A stretch of 21,880 nt of DNA from Myxococcota bacterium (GTDB lineage Bacteria; Myxococcota_C; UBA6777): positions 1-21,880 of the forward strand of contig CAUJFU010000287.1 in the NCBI GenBank assembly GCA_963169055.1, written 5' to 3'. The notes under the pieces are model-generated. The model was given only the letters and a program-made list of their open reading frames with translations, ran no database searches and was not told the DNA's origin. Position numbers and translations under genes: made by a program. Below, in pieces: positions 1 to 10,605 of the stretch; position 1 is the first letter of the stretch; each line of letters starts with the position of its first letter.

Positions 1-81
1 TTTCCCTTCTCCACTGCCTCATACGACATCCGCATTTTGCCTGCTCGTACACAGCGATCAAAATCCCCGTGAATCGGGCAA

Positions 82-100
82 GGGCGTATGCCATACGCCC
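82..100. repeat. Perfect 19-bp GC-rich palindrome gggcgtatg c catacgccc
   Basis: Read from sequence. Lies within the apparently non-coding 5' region, upstream of the 122-148 terminator. Confidence 0.9.
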
Positions 101-121
101 CGACCTTTGATCACACCCTAC

Positions 122-148
122 ACGGAGGTCGTATCCTCCGTCTTTTTC
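122..148 (+). terminator. Rho-independent terminator-like hairpin: stem acggagg/cctccgt (7 bp), 6-nt loop, then cTTTTTc
   Basis: Read directly: 122-128 acggagg, loop tcgtat, 135-141 cctccgt, T5 at 144-148. Implies a + strand transcript (gene or ncRNA) ending here, starting upstream of or at the window edge. Confidence 0.5.
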
Positions 149-221
149 GGTCTGTTTGCGTGTGCTTTGTCTACGATTCTTTCGTTCCATCCGTGTTCGA
201 TGCAAGGCCATGTTTGCGTAG

Positions 222-241
222 GGGCGGTTCGCGAACCGCCC
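222..241. repeat. Perfect 20-bp GC-rich palindrome gggcggttcg cgaaccgccc
   Basis: Read from sequence. No flanking U-tract on either strand. Lies between the + strand terminator and the atpC 3' end. Confidence 0.9.
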
Positions 242-441
242 GTGTATCGGGACATCGAGCAGCGAACGGACATGGGGGGCCGACAAAAGAAAGAGCGATC
301 ATCCTCGACTCTCCGGTATTTCCGCCTTAACAAGGCGCGTATGGGGCAGCGCCCCTGCAAACAAGAGCAGACAAGACCCTCGCAAGCAAGAGCAGACGAC
401 TACAAAAAACGAGACAGAGTGAGTTCGAAGGGAGGTAAGGA

Positions 442-855
442 TTAGAGGGCTTTTTCAGCGGCGAGGAGGCGGGATTTGGCGCGGGCGCGGTCTTCAAGGA
501 GGAGTTGGTAGGAGGGGTCGTTGGGGTTGTGGGAAGAGTTGGAGAGGGCTTTTTCGGTGCGGGATAGGGCATCTTGTGCGCGTTTTTTGTCGATGTCGTG
601 GGCTTTTTCAGCGGTTTGGACGAAGATGGTCACTTGATTGGCGAAGACTTCGACAAAGCCTTTTCCGAGGGAGCAGAGGTTTTGGGTGTGTTTGCCGGTA
701 GCGTAAGAAGCCACACCGATGCGGAGAGCGGTCAAGAAAGGGAGGTGACCGCTGAGGACGGTGAATTCTCCGTTAAGGCCGGGGAGAGTGACGTGTGTGG
801 TTTCTGTTTTAAGGGCTTCGCCCGTGGGCGTGACGATACGTAGCTGGAGGCTCAT
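442..855 (-). CDS. atpC: F1Fo ATP synthase epsilon subunit
   Basis: 137 aa. N-terminal beta-sandwich motifs (LRIVTPTGE..., VTLPGLNGEFTVLSGHLPFLTAL) plus C-terminal helical tail. Directly follows atpD in the canonical order. Confidence 0.9.
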   Translation of the reverse strand: MSLQLRIVTPTGEALKTETTHVTLPGLNGEFTVLSGHLPFLTALRIGVASYATGKHTQNLCSLGKGFVEVFANQVTIFVQTAEKAHDIDKKRAQDALSRTEKALSNSSHNPNDPSYQLLLEDRARAKSRLLAAEKAL

Positions 856-927
856 GGCAGGATCTCTCCGAGGGAAGGGAGAGAGCGCGTTGGAAGGTCC
901 AGCGCGGGACTCCCTTGGGTGATCGGG

Positions 928-2535
<1,608 letters not shown>

Positions 2536-3402
2536 TTAGAGAGCGGCAGCCCCGCTGATGATCTCGACAAGTTCGGTGGTGATCGCGGCTTGTCGGGCGC
2601 GGTTGAATTTGAGCGTGAGTTTTTCGACGAGTTCGCCAGCGTTTTTGGTGGCAGAATCCATCGCGCTCATCCGAGCGCCCATCTCAGCGGCGAAGGATTC
2701 ACGCAACGCACGGAAGATCTGGGTGTTGACGTGAAGTGGCAGCAAGTAGCCCAAGAGTTCATCGCGGCTTGGCTCGTAGAGGTAGTTGTCTGCGAGAGGT
2801 TCAAGATAAGCGTCTTCGGCGTAAGGGACGATCGGAAGGAGTTGTTCGTACATCGGTTTTTGGCTGATGACGGACTTGAACTCGTTATAGATGATCACGA
2901 GGCGATCGTATTTGTTGTCGAGGTAATCTTGAATCAAGGAGCGCGAGATCTTGTCGGTATTTTCGGCGTTGAGGGGATCGAATGCGCCGCGAAAATACGT
3001 ACCGAGTTTGTGGGGACGTCTGCGGAAATACTCTTGGGCTTTGCGTCCAGCGAAGACCAGTTCGAGGCTATCGAATTGGCCCTTGTGTTCGGCGATGTAG
3101 CGTTCGGTGGCTTTGATCAGGTTGGAGTTAAAACCACCACACAAGCCCCGATCAGCGCTGATCACGAGAAGGCGGACGCGCTTTGTGGAGCGGGGCAACA
3201 GAAGGGGATGGGCCTCGTGTTCGACCGAGGCAGCAAGGCGGCTGATCGTTTGAAAAAGCTGGAGGGCGTAGGGCCGTCCTTGCATGAGGGACTCTTGGGC
3301 GCGGCGCAGCTTGGCTGCGGCCACCATCTTCATGGCTTTGGTGATTTGTTGGGTATTTTTGACGGAGGTGATCCGTTTGCGGATTTCTTTGAGATTGGCC
3401 AT
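2536..3402 (-). CDS. atpG: F1Fo ATP synthase gamma subunit
   Basis: 288 aa. Typical gamma N-terminus MANLKEIRKRITSVKNTQQITKAMKMVAAAKLRRAQ and conserved C-terminal helix. Sits between atpA and atpD. Confidence 0.93.
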   Translation of the reverse strand: MANLKEIRKRITSVKNTQQITKAMKMVAAAKLRRAQESLMQGRPYALQLFQTISRLAASVEHEAHPLLLPRSTKRVRLLVISADRGLCGGFNSNLIKATERYIAEHKGQFDSLELVFAGRKAQEYFRRRPHKLGTYFRGAFDPLNAENTDKISRSLIQDYLDNKYDRLVIIYNEFKSVISQKPMYEQLLPIVPYAEDAYLEPLADNYLYEPSRDELLGYLLPLHVNTQIFRALRESFAAEMGARMSAMDSATKNAGELVEKLTLKFNRARQAAITTELVEIISGAAAL

Positions 3403-3483
3403 GATCGCCTGCCTGCGCTAAGGGGAGCAAAGAGCCGAGGGGACGGCTCTTTGCATCGATTTGGAGGATCTCCAAAGTCCCGA

Positions 3484-5064
3484 TTAGTTGGTTTCGAGGT
3501 TATGCTCTTTGACGAAGATGCTGAGATAAGATCGGATGGATTCTTCGATCTTTGCGGCGAGTTCGTCAGTGAGTTTTTGTTTGTCGCGGATCGTGGTGTA
3601 GACTTCGGGGAATTGATCGTTGACGTGTTGGAGCAGGCCCTTCTCAAACTCGCGGATTTTGTGGACAGGAAGGGTATCAAGGAAGCCCTTGCTGCCGGCA
3701 TAGATGGAGACGATCTGCTGTTCGACAGGGAGGGGAGCGTATTGGTTTTGTTTGAGGAGTTCGGTCAGACGGTCACCACGGGAAAGCTGGGCTTGGGTGG
3801 CTTTGTCGAGGTCGGAGCCGAATTGGGCGAAGGCTTTCACGGCGCGGTATTGGGCGAGATCGAGGCGGAGGGTTCCTGCGATCTTTTTCATGGCGCCGAT
3901 TTGGGCGTTTCCACCGACGCGAGAGACGGAGATCCCGACGTTGATCGCGGGACGGATGCCTGCGTTAAACAAGTCGGTTTCGAGGAAGATCTGACCATCG
4001 GTGATGGAGATGACGTTGGTGGGGATATAAGCGGAGACGTCGCCCGCTTGGGTTTCGATGATCGGGAGGGCGGTGAGGGAGCCACCGCCACCTGTGAAGC
4101 CCATCTTTTTCCAGACTTTTTCGTCGGAAGTGATCTTGGCGGCGCGTTCGAGCAAGCGGCTGTGGAGATAGAAGACGTCACCGGGATAAGCTTCGCGACC
4201 GGGGGGACGACGAAGCAAGAGGGACATCTGACGGTAGCTGACGGCGTGTTTGGAAAGGTCATCATAAACGAGGAGAGCGTGGCGTCCGCTATCGCGGAAG
4301 AATTCGCCCATGGTGACGCCCGTGTAGGGGGCGAGGAATTGCTGTGGGGCGGGTTCCGAGGCGGAAGCGACGACGATGGTGGTGTAATCCATCGCGCCAT
4401 TTTCTTCGAGGATGGTTTTGACGCGGGCGACGGTGGATTGTTTTTGACCGATAGCGACATAGATGCAGAAGACGGGCTTATCGGTTTTGTGGGTGCCTTT
4501 TTGGTTGATGATGGTGTCGATGGCGACGGCAGTTTTGCCGGTTTGACGGTCACCGATGATCAACTCGCGTTGTCCGCGACCGATGGGGATCATGCCATCG
4601 ATGGCCTTGAGGCCGGTTTGAAGGGGTTCGTGGACGGATTCGCGAGAGACGATCCCGGGGGCTTTGAGTTCGACGCGGCGGCTGAGTTCAGTTTGGAGGG
4701 GGCCTTTGCCATCGACGGGGATTCCGAGGGCGTTGACGACGCGACCGATAAGGGCTTCACCGACAGGGACTTCGACGATGCGGCCTGTGCGCTTGACGGT
4801 ATCGCCTTCTTGGATGCCGTTGTCGCTGCCCAAGATCACGGAACCGACGTTGTCTTCTTCCAAGTTGAGCACCATGCCCATGACACCACCGGGGAACTCA
4901 AGAAGTTCTCCAGCCATGGCTTGGCTAAGGCCGTGGATACGGGCGATCCCGTCACCGACGGCGAGGATGGTACCCGTTTCAGCGATCTCCATCCCTTGAT
5001 CGTAGTTTTCGATTTGTTTGCGTATAATCTGGCTGATCTCTTCAGCGCGGAGCTCCATAGCCAT
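3484..5064 (-). CDS. atpA: F1Fo ATP synthase alpha subunit
   Basis: 526 aa. Walker A GDRQTGKT. Conserved alpha-subunit sequence end to end. AGGAAA RBS 8 nt before the ATG at 5064. Confidence 0.95.
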   Translation of the reverse strand: MAMELRAEEISQIIRKQIENYDQGMEIAETGTILAVGDGIARIHGLSQAMAGELLEFPGGVMGMVLNLEEDNVGSVILGSDNGIQEGDTVKRTGRIVEVPVGEALIGRVVNALGIPVDGKGPLQTELSRRVELKAPGIVSRESVHEPLQTGLKAIDGMIPIGRGQRELIIGDRQTGKTAVAIDTIINQKGTHKTDKPVFCIYVAIGQKQSTVARVKTILEENGAMDYTTIVVASASEPAPQQFLAPYTGVTMGEFFRDSGRHALLVYDDLSKHAVSYRQMSLLLRRPPGREAYPGDVFYLHSRLLERAAKITSDEKVWKKMGFTGGGGSLTALPIIETQAGDVSAYIPTNVISITDGQIFLETDLFNAGIRPAINVGISVSRVGGNAQIGAMKKIAGTLRLDLAQYRAVKAFAQFGSDLDKATQAQLSRGDRLTELLKQNQYAPLPVEQQIVSIYAGSKGFLDTLPVHKIREFEKGLLQHVNDQFPEVYTTIRDKQKLTDELAAKIEESIRSYLSIFVKEHNLETN

Positions 5065-5094
5065 GGCTTTTTTTCCTCAATGGTTGCGAACAGA

Positions 5095-5646
5095 TCAGGC
5101 GATCTGCGAAAGCAAGTGATTCTTCATATTTGCGAAGCGGCTCTTGACGCTGCCATCGTAGATACGGTTTCCGACGCGGGCGATCATACCGCCGATCAGG
5201 TCGGGGTTGGTATCGAGGTGCAACACAACGGTGCGGCCTGTTTGTTTGGCAAAGATCTGTTTGAGCGATTGCTGTGTGGATTCGTCGAGTGTTTGGGCCG
5301 AAGTGACGTGGACGTGAACGATATCGTTGCGGGCATCCAAGAGTTCTTGATATTGGGAGCAGATCTCGGTGAAGAGTTCTGTGCGTTTCTTTTCGATCAA
5401 AAAGAACAGGAACTTTTGGGTTTGGGGGAGAAAGTCGAGTGGTTTAGCAAGGGCGGAGAGGATCGCGATGCGCTGTGCGGGGGCATACACCGGGTTGAGG
5501 AAGATGTCGTTCAGCTCGGGGTGTTGCGTGAGTTGTTTTGCGAACGCATGAAGTTGTGTGGCGATCTCTTCGGTTCGTTGTTCAGCGAGGGCGATCTGAA
5601 AGAGCGCTTTGGCGTAGCGATGGGCAAATAAGGAGTGTTGTTTCAC
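5095..5646 (-). CDS. atpH: F1Fo ATP synthase delta (OSCP) subunit
   Basis: 183 aa. Delta-like N-terminal helical domain (YAKALFQIALAEQ...). Position between atpF and atpA. 4-bp overlap with atpF (ATGA). Confidence 0.85.
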   Translation of the reverse strand: MKQHSLFAHRYAKALFQIALAEQRTEEIATQLHAFAKQLTQHPELNDIFLNPVYAPAQRIAILSALAKPLDFLPQTQKFLFFLIEKKRTELFTEICSQYQELLDARNDIVHVHVTSAQTLDESTQQSLKQIFAKQTGRTVVLHLDTNPDLIGGMIARVGNRIYDGSVKSRFANMKNHLLSQIA

Positions 5647-6272
5647 GATTGGGCCCCCAACTGTTTGAGATAATCGCTTTGGAGACGGCGTTGATCGTCG
5701 TCGTTGATCTTGGATTGGAGGAGCGCAAAAGCATCATCGAAAGAGCGGTCGAGGAGAGTGCGTTGCATCTCAGATTGCATACGGGCCATCTCTTGGGCGA
5801 CTTGGTTGCGGACATCCTCGATGCGTCGGTTGCTTTTGCGTTCGGCTTGGGAACGCATCTCGGCGGTTTCTTCGGAGGCAAGTTGTTTTGCGCGTTCGAG
5901 GATCGAGGCTTTTTCTTGTTCGACGTTTGCGAGTTTCTGTTGGATATCGTTGTAGCGGAGGGCGATCTCATCATCGCGTTCGTTGAAGGCGACGATGGCG
6001 TCGGCGATCTCTTTGCGGCGTTTTTGGAGATGGACAAGAAAGTCGGGCAGAGCACGGGAAAGGATCAGGTACAACAAGAGTCCGAGGTTGGAAAAAGGAA
6101 GGATCAGATTTTTACAGATCACATGGGTAGGCGATCCAGCGGGAGTTGCGTAATAGATGGCGTAGCTAAAGACCATCAACGCGAACAACGCGAGCGGGAT
6201 CATATCGTGGTTACGGAGAAGGAAACTGGAGGGCGCAGCGTTGGGGGCTGTGCTTTGTGTGGTCTGGCTCAT
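5643..6272 (-). CDS. atpF: F1Fo ATP synthase Fo subunit b
   Basis: 209 aa. N-terminal TM helix (IPLALFALMVFSYAIYY) followed by a long charged coiled coil. AAGGA RBS 9 nt upstream. The N-terminal ~25 aa extension before the TM is unusual; the start could be internal. Confidence 0.8.
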   Translation of the reverse strand: MSQTTQSTAPNAAPSSFLLRNHDMIPLALFALMVFSYAIYYATPAGSPTHVICKNLILPFSNLGLLLYLILSRALPDFLVHLQKRRKEIADAIVAFNERDDEIALRYNDIQQKLANVEQEKASILERAKQLASEETAEMRSQAERKSNRRIEDVRNQVAQEMARMQSEMQRTLLDRSFDDAFALLQSKINDDDQRRLQSDYLKQLGAQS

Positions 6273-6474
6273 TCGCGTTCGTCCTTGCCCTCGCAGGCGA
6301 TATTGCGGGGAGGGCTTATGTGATTTGGCGAGGCGAGAAGGGGTTGCTCAAACGTAGGCAAACAACCGTTGGGGCGCGATAAAGCACGCCCCGTGACGTT
6401 CGTCAATCCCCATCCGCGCAAGATGGAGTGGATATAAGGCGAATCGGAAGCGAATCGGTCGAAGAGACGGGAAT

Positions 6475-6906
6475 TTACGATACAGATCGCCCAAGCAGAC
6501 GAGCGACGATCTCTTGGGTGAGAACGCTGCGATCTTTTTCAAACTGTGCTTGGAGTTCTTCGCGACGAGCGGAGATATTGGCACGTTCTTCTTGCATCAG
6601 TTTGATCTCTTCTTGGCGGGCTTTTTCGAGGATCTCGCGCTCGTATTGTGCCGATTCATTGCGTGCTTTGTTGCGGATATCTTGGGCTTGAACGCGGACT
6701 TTGCGGATCTCTTCTTGGTAGTCGCGCTGCATCTGACGGCCTTCTTCATCGCGTTCTTTGAGTTCGCGCTGAGCGTGATCGATCTTTTTTTGCCGTTCGA
6801 GGATCACCGCGAGGACGGGAGGAAACATCAGGTTGGTCAAGGTCCAAACACAAGCAAAGAAGAAAGCCATCTGGATAAAGAATGTAAAATCTGGATAAAT
6901 GTTCAT
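6475..6906 (-). CDS. atpF2: F1Fo ATP synthase Fo subunit b' (second b-type subunit)
   Basis: 143 aa. A single N-terminal TM helix, then a highly charged (E/R/K/Q) coiled coil. Lies immediately upstream of atpF, as in atpF'F-type operons. Confidence 0.75.
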   Translation of the reverse strand: MNIYPDFTFFIQMAFFFACVWTLTNLMFPPVLAVILERQKKIDHAQRELKERDEEGRQMQRDYQEEIRKVRVQAQDIRNKARNESAQYEREILEKARQEEIKLMQEERANISARREELQAQFEKDRSVLTQEIVARLLGRSVS

Positions 6907-7000
6907 CGAATTACGTCTCTCCTCAAAGTTTGGCGGTCATGTAGCACAAGGGATCACGGACTGTCAAGACTATTTTGCGCACACATAAAGAGGTGGAAAG

Positions 7001-9025
7001 TTGAAAGCATTTTCGGTGAGATCGGGTTATACGCCACGCGGCGATCAGCCCAAAGCGATCGGGCAACTGGTGGAGGGATTGAAGCGCGGAGACAAAGCGC
7101 AAACGCTGTATGGGGTGACGGGTTCGGGCAAGACGCTGACGATGGCGTGGGTGGTGGAGGCAGTACAGCGCCCAGCGTTGGTATTGGCACACAACAAGAC
7201 GTTGGCGGCACAGCTGTATGGGGAATTTCGGGAGATCTTTCCAGACAACGCGGTCGAGTATTTCGTGTCGTACTACGACTATTACCAGCCCGAGGCGTAT
7301 GTACCTGCGAGCGATACGTATATCGAAAAAGAGGCAGATATCAACGAGCAGATCGATCGGATGCGGCATGCGGCGACGCGCTCGTTGTTTGAGCGGCGAG
7401 ATGTGATCATTGTGGCCTCGGTGTCTTGTATTTACGGGATCGGGTCTGCGGAGGCTTATCATGAGATGCTGTTGCATCTGCGGCGTGGGGAGCGGATCGA
7501 GCGAAACAAGCTGTTGCGGCGTCTTGTGGAGCTTCGTTATGACCGAAATGATGTGGACTTTCATCGGGGAACGTTTCGGGTGAGGGGAGATATCGTCGAG
7601 GTGTTTCCAGCCCACGAAGAAGAACACGCGCTGCGGCTGGAATTTTGGGATGACGAGTTGGATGCGATCCGCCGGGTGGATCCGATTCGAGGAAAGGTAC
7701 TCGAATCGCTCGATGGGGTGGCAATCTACCCGAATAGCCACTACGTCACGGGGCAAGATCAACTTCGTTCCGCGATTGTGGGGATCCAAGCCGAGCTTCA
7801 GACACAGCTTGCGGCGCTGCATACCGCGAACAAACTGGTGGAAGAACAGCGGCTACGCGAACGGACGCTGTGTGATATCGAGATGTTGGAGCAGATTGGA
7901 GTTTGTCACGGGGTCGAGAACTACTCTCGGCATCTTTCGGGCCGCGCAGCAGGTCAAGCACCGCCCTGCTTGCTCGACTACTTCCCTGAAGACTTCTTGA
8001 TGATCGTAGACGAAAGCCACGTCACACTGCCCCAAGTACGGGGGATGTACCACGGCGACTTTTCAAGAAAGCGCACGTTGGTGGAGCATGGTTTTCGGCT
8101 TCCTTCGGCGATGGATAACCGCCCGCTCAAGTACGAAGAATTCCAAGAACTGATCCCCCAAGTGATCTACGTCTCCGCAACCCCAAGTGCGTACGAAGTC
8201 GAGAACTCCGCGCAGGTGGTTGAACAGATCATCCGACCGACGGGACTGTTGGACCCGATCGTCGAAGTTCGCCCATCCAGCGGCCAAGTCGATGATCTGC
8301 TCGAAGAGATCCGCAAGCGCATTGAACGCAAAGAACGCATCTTGGTGACAACGCTAACCAAGCGGATGGCCGAGAAGCTGTCCGAATACTACCAAGAGAT
8401 GGGGATCTCAGTGCGTTACTTGCACTCAGGGATCGAGACTTTGGAGCGCGTCTTGTTGTTGCGAGAACTTCGCCAAGGGGCTTTCGATGTATTGATCGGG
8501 GTGAACTTGTTGCGCGAAGGGCTGGATCTTCCGGAAGTGTCGTTGGTGGCGATCCTCGATGCAGATCAACAAGGCTTTTTGCGGACGGCTCGTTCGTTGA
8601 TTCAGACGGCAGGACGGGCCGCACGCAACCTCAACGGGTACGTGATCCTGTACGCAGACAAGATGACCGAAGCGATGGAAACCTGCATTCAAGTGACACG
8701 CCGCCAACGCGAGCTACAGATCGAGTACAACCAAGCCAACCACATCACCCCCGAAAGCATCCAAAAACAAATCCATTCGTGGGTCGATACCTTGCCAGTC
8801 CAATACGCAGAAGACAACCAAAGCCCGATCGCATGGGCCGCTGAAAAGGCAGCCACGTACCAACGCGAAAGTGATCTGCGCCGAGAGATGGAACGCATCG
8901 AGTCCGCGATGCTCGAAGCGGCAGCCCACTTGCGCTTTGAAGAAGCCGCCAAGTTCCGCGACCAACTCGAAGCCTTGCGCCAACTCTCGACGATGCTGTT
9001 TGACTTGGGCAACGGGTCCGAGTAA
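7001..9025 (+). CDS. uvrB: Excinuclease ABC subunit B
   Basis: 674 aa. Walker A GVTGSGKT; helicase motifs ([45 protein letters not shown]); C-terminal UVR domain ([15 protein letters not shown]). TTG start at 7001 with AGAGGTGG RBS 4 nt upstream. Confidence 0.95.
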   Translation: MKAFSVRSGYTPRGDQPKAIGQLVEGLKRGDKAQTLYGVTGSGKTLTMAWVVEAVQRPALVLAHNKTLAAQLYGEFREIFPDNAVEYFVSYYDYYQPEAYVPASDTYIEKEADINEQIDRMRHAATRSLFERRDVIIVASVSCIYGIGSAEAYHEMLLHLRRGERIERNKLLRRLVELRYDRNDVDFHRGTFRVRGDIVEVFPAHEEEHALRLEFWDDELDAIRRVDPIRGKVLESLDGVAIYPNSHYVTGQDQLRSAIVGIQAELQTQLAALHTANKLVEEQRLRERTLCDIEMLEQIGVCHGVENYSRHLSGRAAGQAPPCLLDYFPEDFLMIVDESHVTLPQVRGMYHGDFSRKRTLVEHGFRLPSAMDNRPLKYEEFQELIPQVIYVSATPSAYEVENSAQVVEQIIRPTGLLDPIVEVRPSSGQVDDLLEEIRKRIERKERILVTTLTKRMAEKLSEYYQEMGISVRYLHSGIETLERVLLLRELRQGAFDVLIGVNLLREGLDLPEVSLVAILDADQQGFLRTARSLIQTAGRAARNLNGYVILYADKMTEAMETCIQVTRRQRELQIEYNQANHITPESIQKQIHSWVDTLPVQYAEDNQSPIAWAAEKAATYQRESDLRREMERIESAMLEAAAHLRFEEAAKFRDQLEALRQLSTMLFDLGNGSE

Positions 9026-9051
9026 AACATCTTTGCAAGAAGGAAGTGACG

Positions 9052-9081
9052 AAGCACTTGCATCGTGCTTGGCTTTCTGTT
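9052..9081 (+). terminator. Weak terminator-like hairpin after uvrB (aagcac/gtgctt stem, then gctttctgtt)
   Basis: 6-bp stem, 7-nt loop and a weak T-rich tail, read from sequence. Not a strong intrinsic terminator. Confidence 0.25.
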
Positions 9082-9208
9082 ATGTTCCCTTCTCAATCCG
9101 CTGAAACAGGCAAGAACTCAATCGTAGCGGTTGATTCGATCGACACATTCGTCCCAATACTTCGCCTGTTTCTGCAACGGCGACCTACCTAACCAGCACG
9201 AGGGATCC

Positions 9209-9979
9209 ATGTTTACCGTTGTGGTCCAAGAAAAGGGTGGAAAATCCCAGCGATTGCAGTTCAACAAGAACGAGATCACCGTCGGACGGGTCCAAGGAAA
9301 CGATATCGTTCTCCCCAAAGGCAACGTCTCCAAACGCCACTCCAAGATCGTCTTCAAAGAAGGCAAATTCATCGTCGTCGACCTGAAAAGCACCAACGGC
9401 ACCTACGTCAACGGCCACAAGATCGCATCTCCCCAAGTGATCAAAAGTACCGATAAAGTCTTCATCGGCGATTTTGTGATCGAGATCGAAGAAGGCGCGA
9501 ACGGAGAAGCAGCGATGGGCGCTCCCCCTCCCATGCCCGGCCCTGCGCCCGTTCCACCGGGTCCACCATCCCCTCCCGGACCTCCCGGGGGAGGACCGAT
9601 GATGCCTCCTCCCGGTGGCCCACCGCGCCAAGCCCCACCGATGGGTCCGCCCATGACAGGCCCTCAACCCCCCGTTGGAGCACGTGGACCTGCCCCGATG
9701 CCTCCCGGCCCTCCCCCCGGTGGACCTCCCGGCCCGCCTCCGTTGTCTGGCCCACGCCCCGGCGGCCCTCCTCCCGGACCGATGGCCGGCCCCCCTCCTG
9801 GAATGCCCAACGGTGGCTCGTCCATGCCTGTTCGTGCAGGGATGTGGAACGAAGTTGCAGCGCAAGGTGGCCCAGCTTATCACTACCTCAAAGTCCAAGG
9901 CGGCTGGTTGATCGTCACCTCCGCAGGTGCCGTCTTTGTCAACGACCCACAACACCAATTCGCCCCAGTCCCTGTTTGA
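9209..9979 (+). CDS. FHA-domain protein with long Pro/Gly-rich linker and conserved C-terminal segment
   Basis: N-terminal FHA signature (ITVGRVQGNDIVL...VSKRHSKIVF...DLKSTNGTYVNGHKI). About 130 aa of low-complexity PPGPPGG-type sequence. Track start 9131 trimmed to ATG 9209 (MFTVVVQ), which has a GAGGGA RBS 4 nt upstream. Confidence 0.8.
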   Translation: MFTVVVQEKGGKSQRLQFNKNEITVGRVQGNDIVLPKGNVSKRHSKIVFKEGKFIVVDLKSTNGTYVNGHKIASPQVIKSTDKVFIGDFVIEIEEGANGEAAMGAPPPMPGPAPVPPGPPSPPGPPGGGPMMPPPGGPPRQAPPMGPPMTGPQPPVGARGPAPMPPGPPPGGPPGPPPLSGPRPGGPPPGPMAGPPPGMPNGGSSMPVRAGMWNEVAAQGGPAYHYLKVQGGWLIVTSAGAVFVNDPQHQFAPVPV

Positions 9980-10087
9980 TCCCCCCCCATTTGACCCACG
10001 GCCCAGCCCACAGCCTAGCCCAACCGAGCGAAACGGGCTGCGGGCTTGCTACGATCACCCAAAACCCATATCACGTAAGAACAAACC

Positions 10088-10588
10088 ATGGCGCAAGACC
10101 TTGAGATGACACGTGAAGATGGCGTCGTTGTGCTTGTCCGACGACGCGGTTGGGGCTGGGGGTTGGCTTGTTTGATCCTTGCAACGTTCTTCCTTTTTGT
10201 GGGGATGTTTTGTGTGATCACAGGCCAACACCTCCCTCGGATATCTTCTCTTGAAACGGCTGCGTGGTCGCTTTCGATGGGCGCAGTGCTTTTGCCAACG
10301 GGACTCGGACTCACCAAAAATGGCGAATGGTTCGCATTTTCGCCAAGCGGTGTGCGTGTCGATTTTTTTCGATTCCGTGCGATCCATTGGTTTCTTGAAT
10401 ACCCCAGCACCCGCACCCGAGCGATCAAAGTAGAAACACAATCCCCCCAAGGTCGGCGCTTTCGCGTCCTTCTAGAAGTCCAAGACCGCCCCCACATAAC
10501 GCTCGCCGAAGCCCTCACTTCCGAAGAAGCATGGCAACTCGCGAGTGCGCTCGCCGAACCCTCCATGTTGCCCGTCCACGAACGCTAA
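10088..10588 (+). CDS. Hypothetical small membrane protein (one or two TM helices)
   Basis: 166-aa ORF. Hydrophobic segments (WGLACLILATFFLFVGMFCVIT; LSMGAVLLPTGLGL). Same strand as, and 108 bp downstream of, the FHA gene. No recognisable domain. Weak RBS. Confidence 0.45.
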   Translation: MAQDLEMTREDGVVVLVRRRGWGWGLACLILATFFLFVGMFCVITGQHLPRISSLETAAWSLSMGAVLLPTGLGLTKNGEWFAFSPSGVRVDFFRFRAIHWFLEYPSTRTRAIKVETQSPQGRRFRVLLEVQDRPHITLAEALTSEEAWQLASALAEPSMLPVHER

Positions 10589-10605
10589 GACGAACCCTCG
10601 AATCT

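Noticed and set aside
88-445. Small + and - strand ORFs (80-112 aa) in the first 440 bp
   Set aside because: No RBS, odd composition, and they span a terminator and palindromes. The region is more likely non-coding.
6923-7822. 299-aa minus-strand ORF and several 60-130-aa ORFs overlapping uvrB
   Set aside because: Opposite-strand artefacts of the well-supported uvrB gene. Arg/His-rich nonsense composition.
9185-9958. 257-aa minus-strand Arg/Gly-rich ORF
   Set aside because: Reverse complement of the Pro/Gly-rich FHA linker (CCN codons read as NGG). Shadow ORF.
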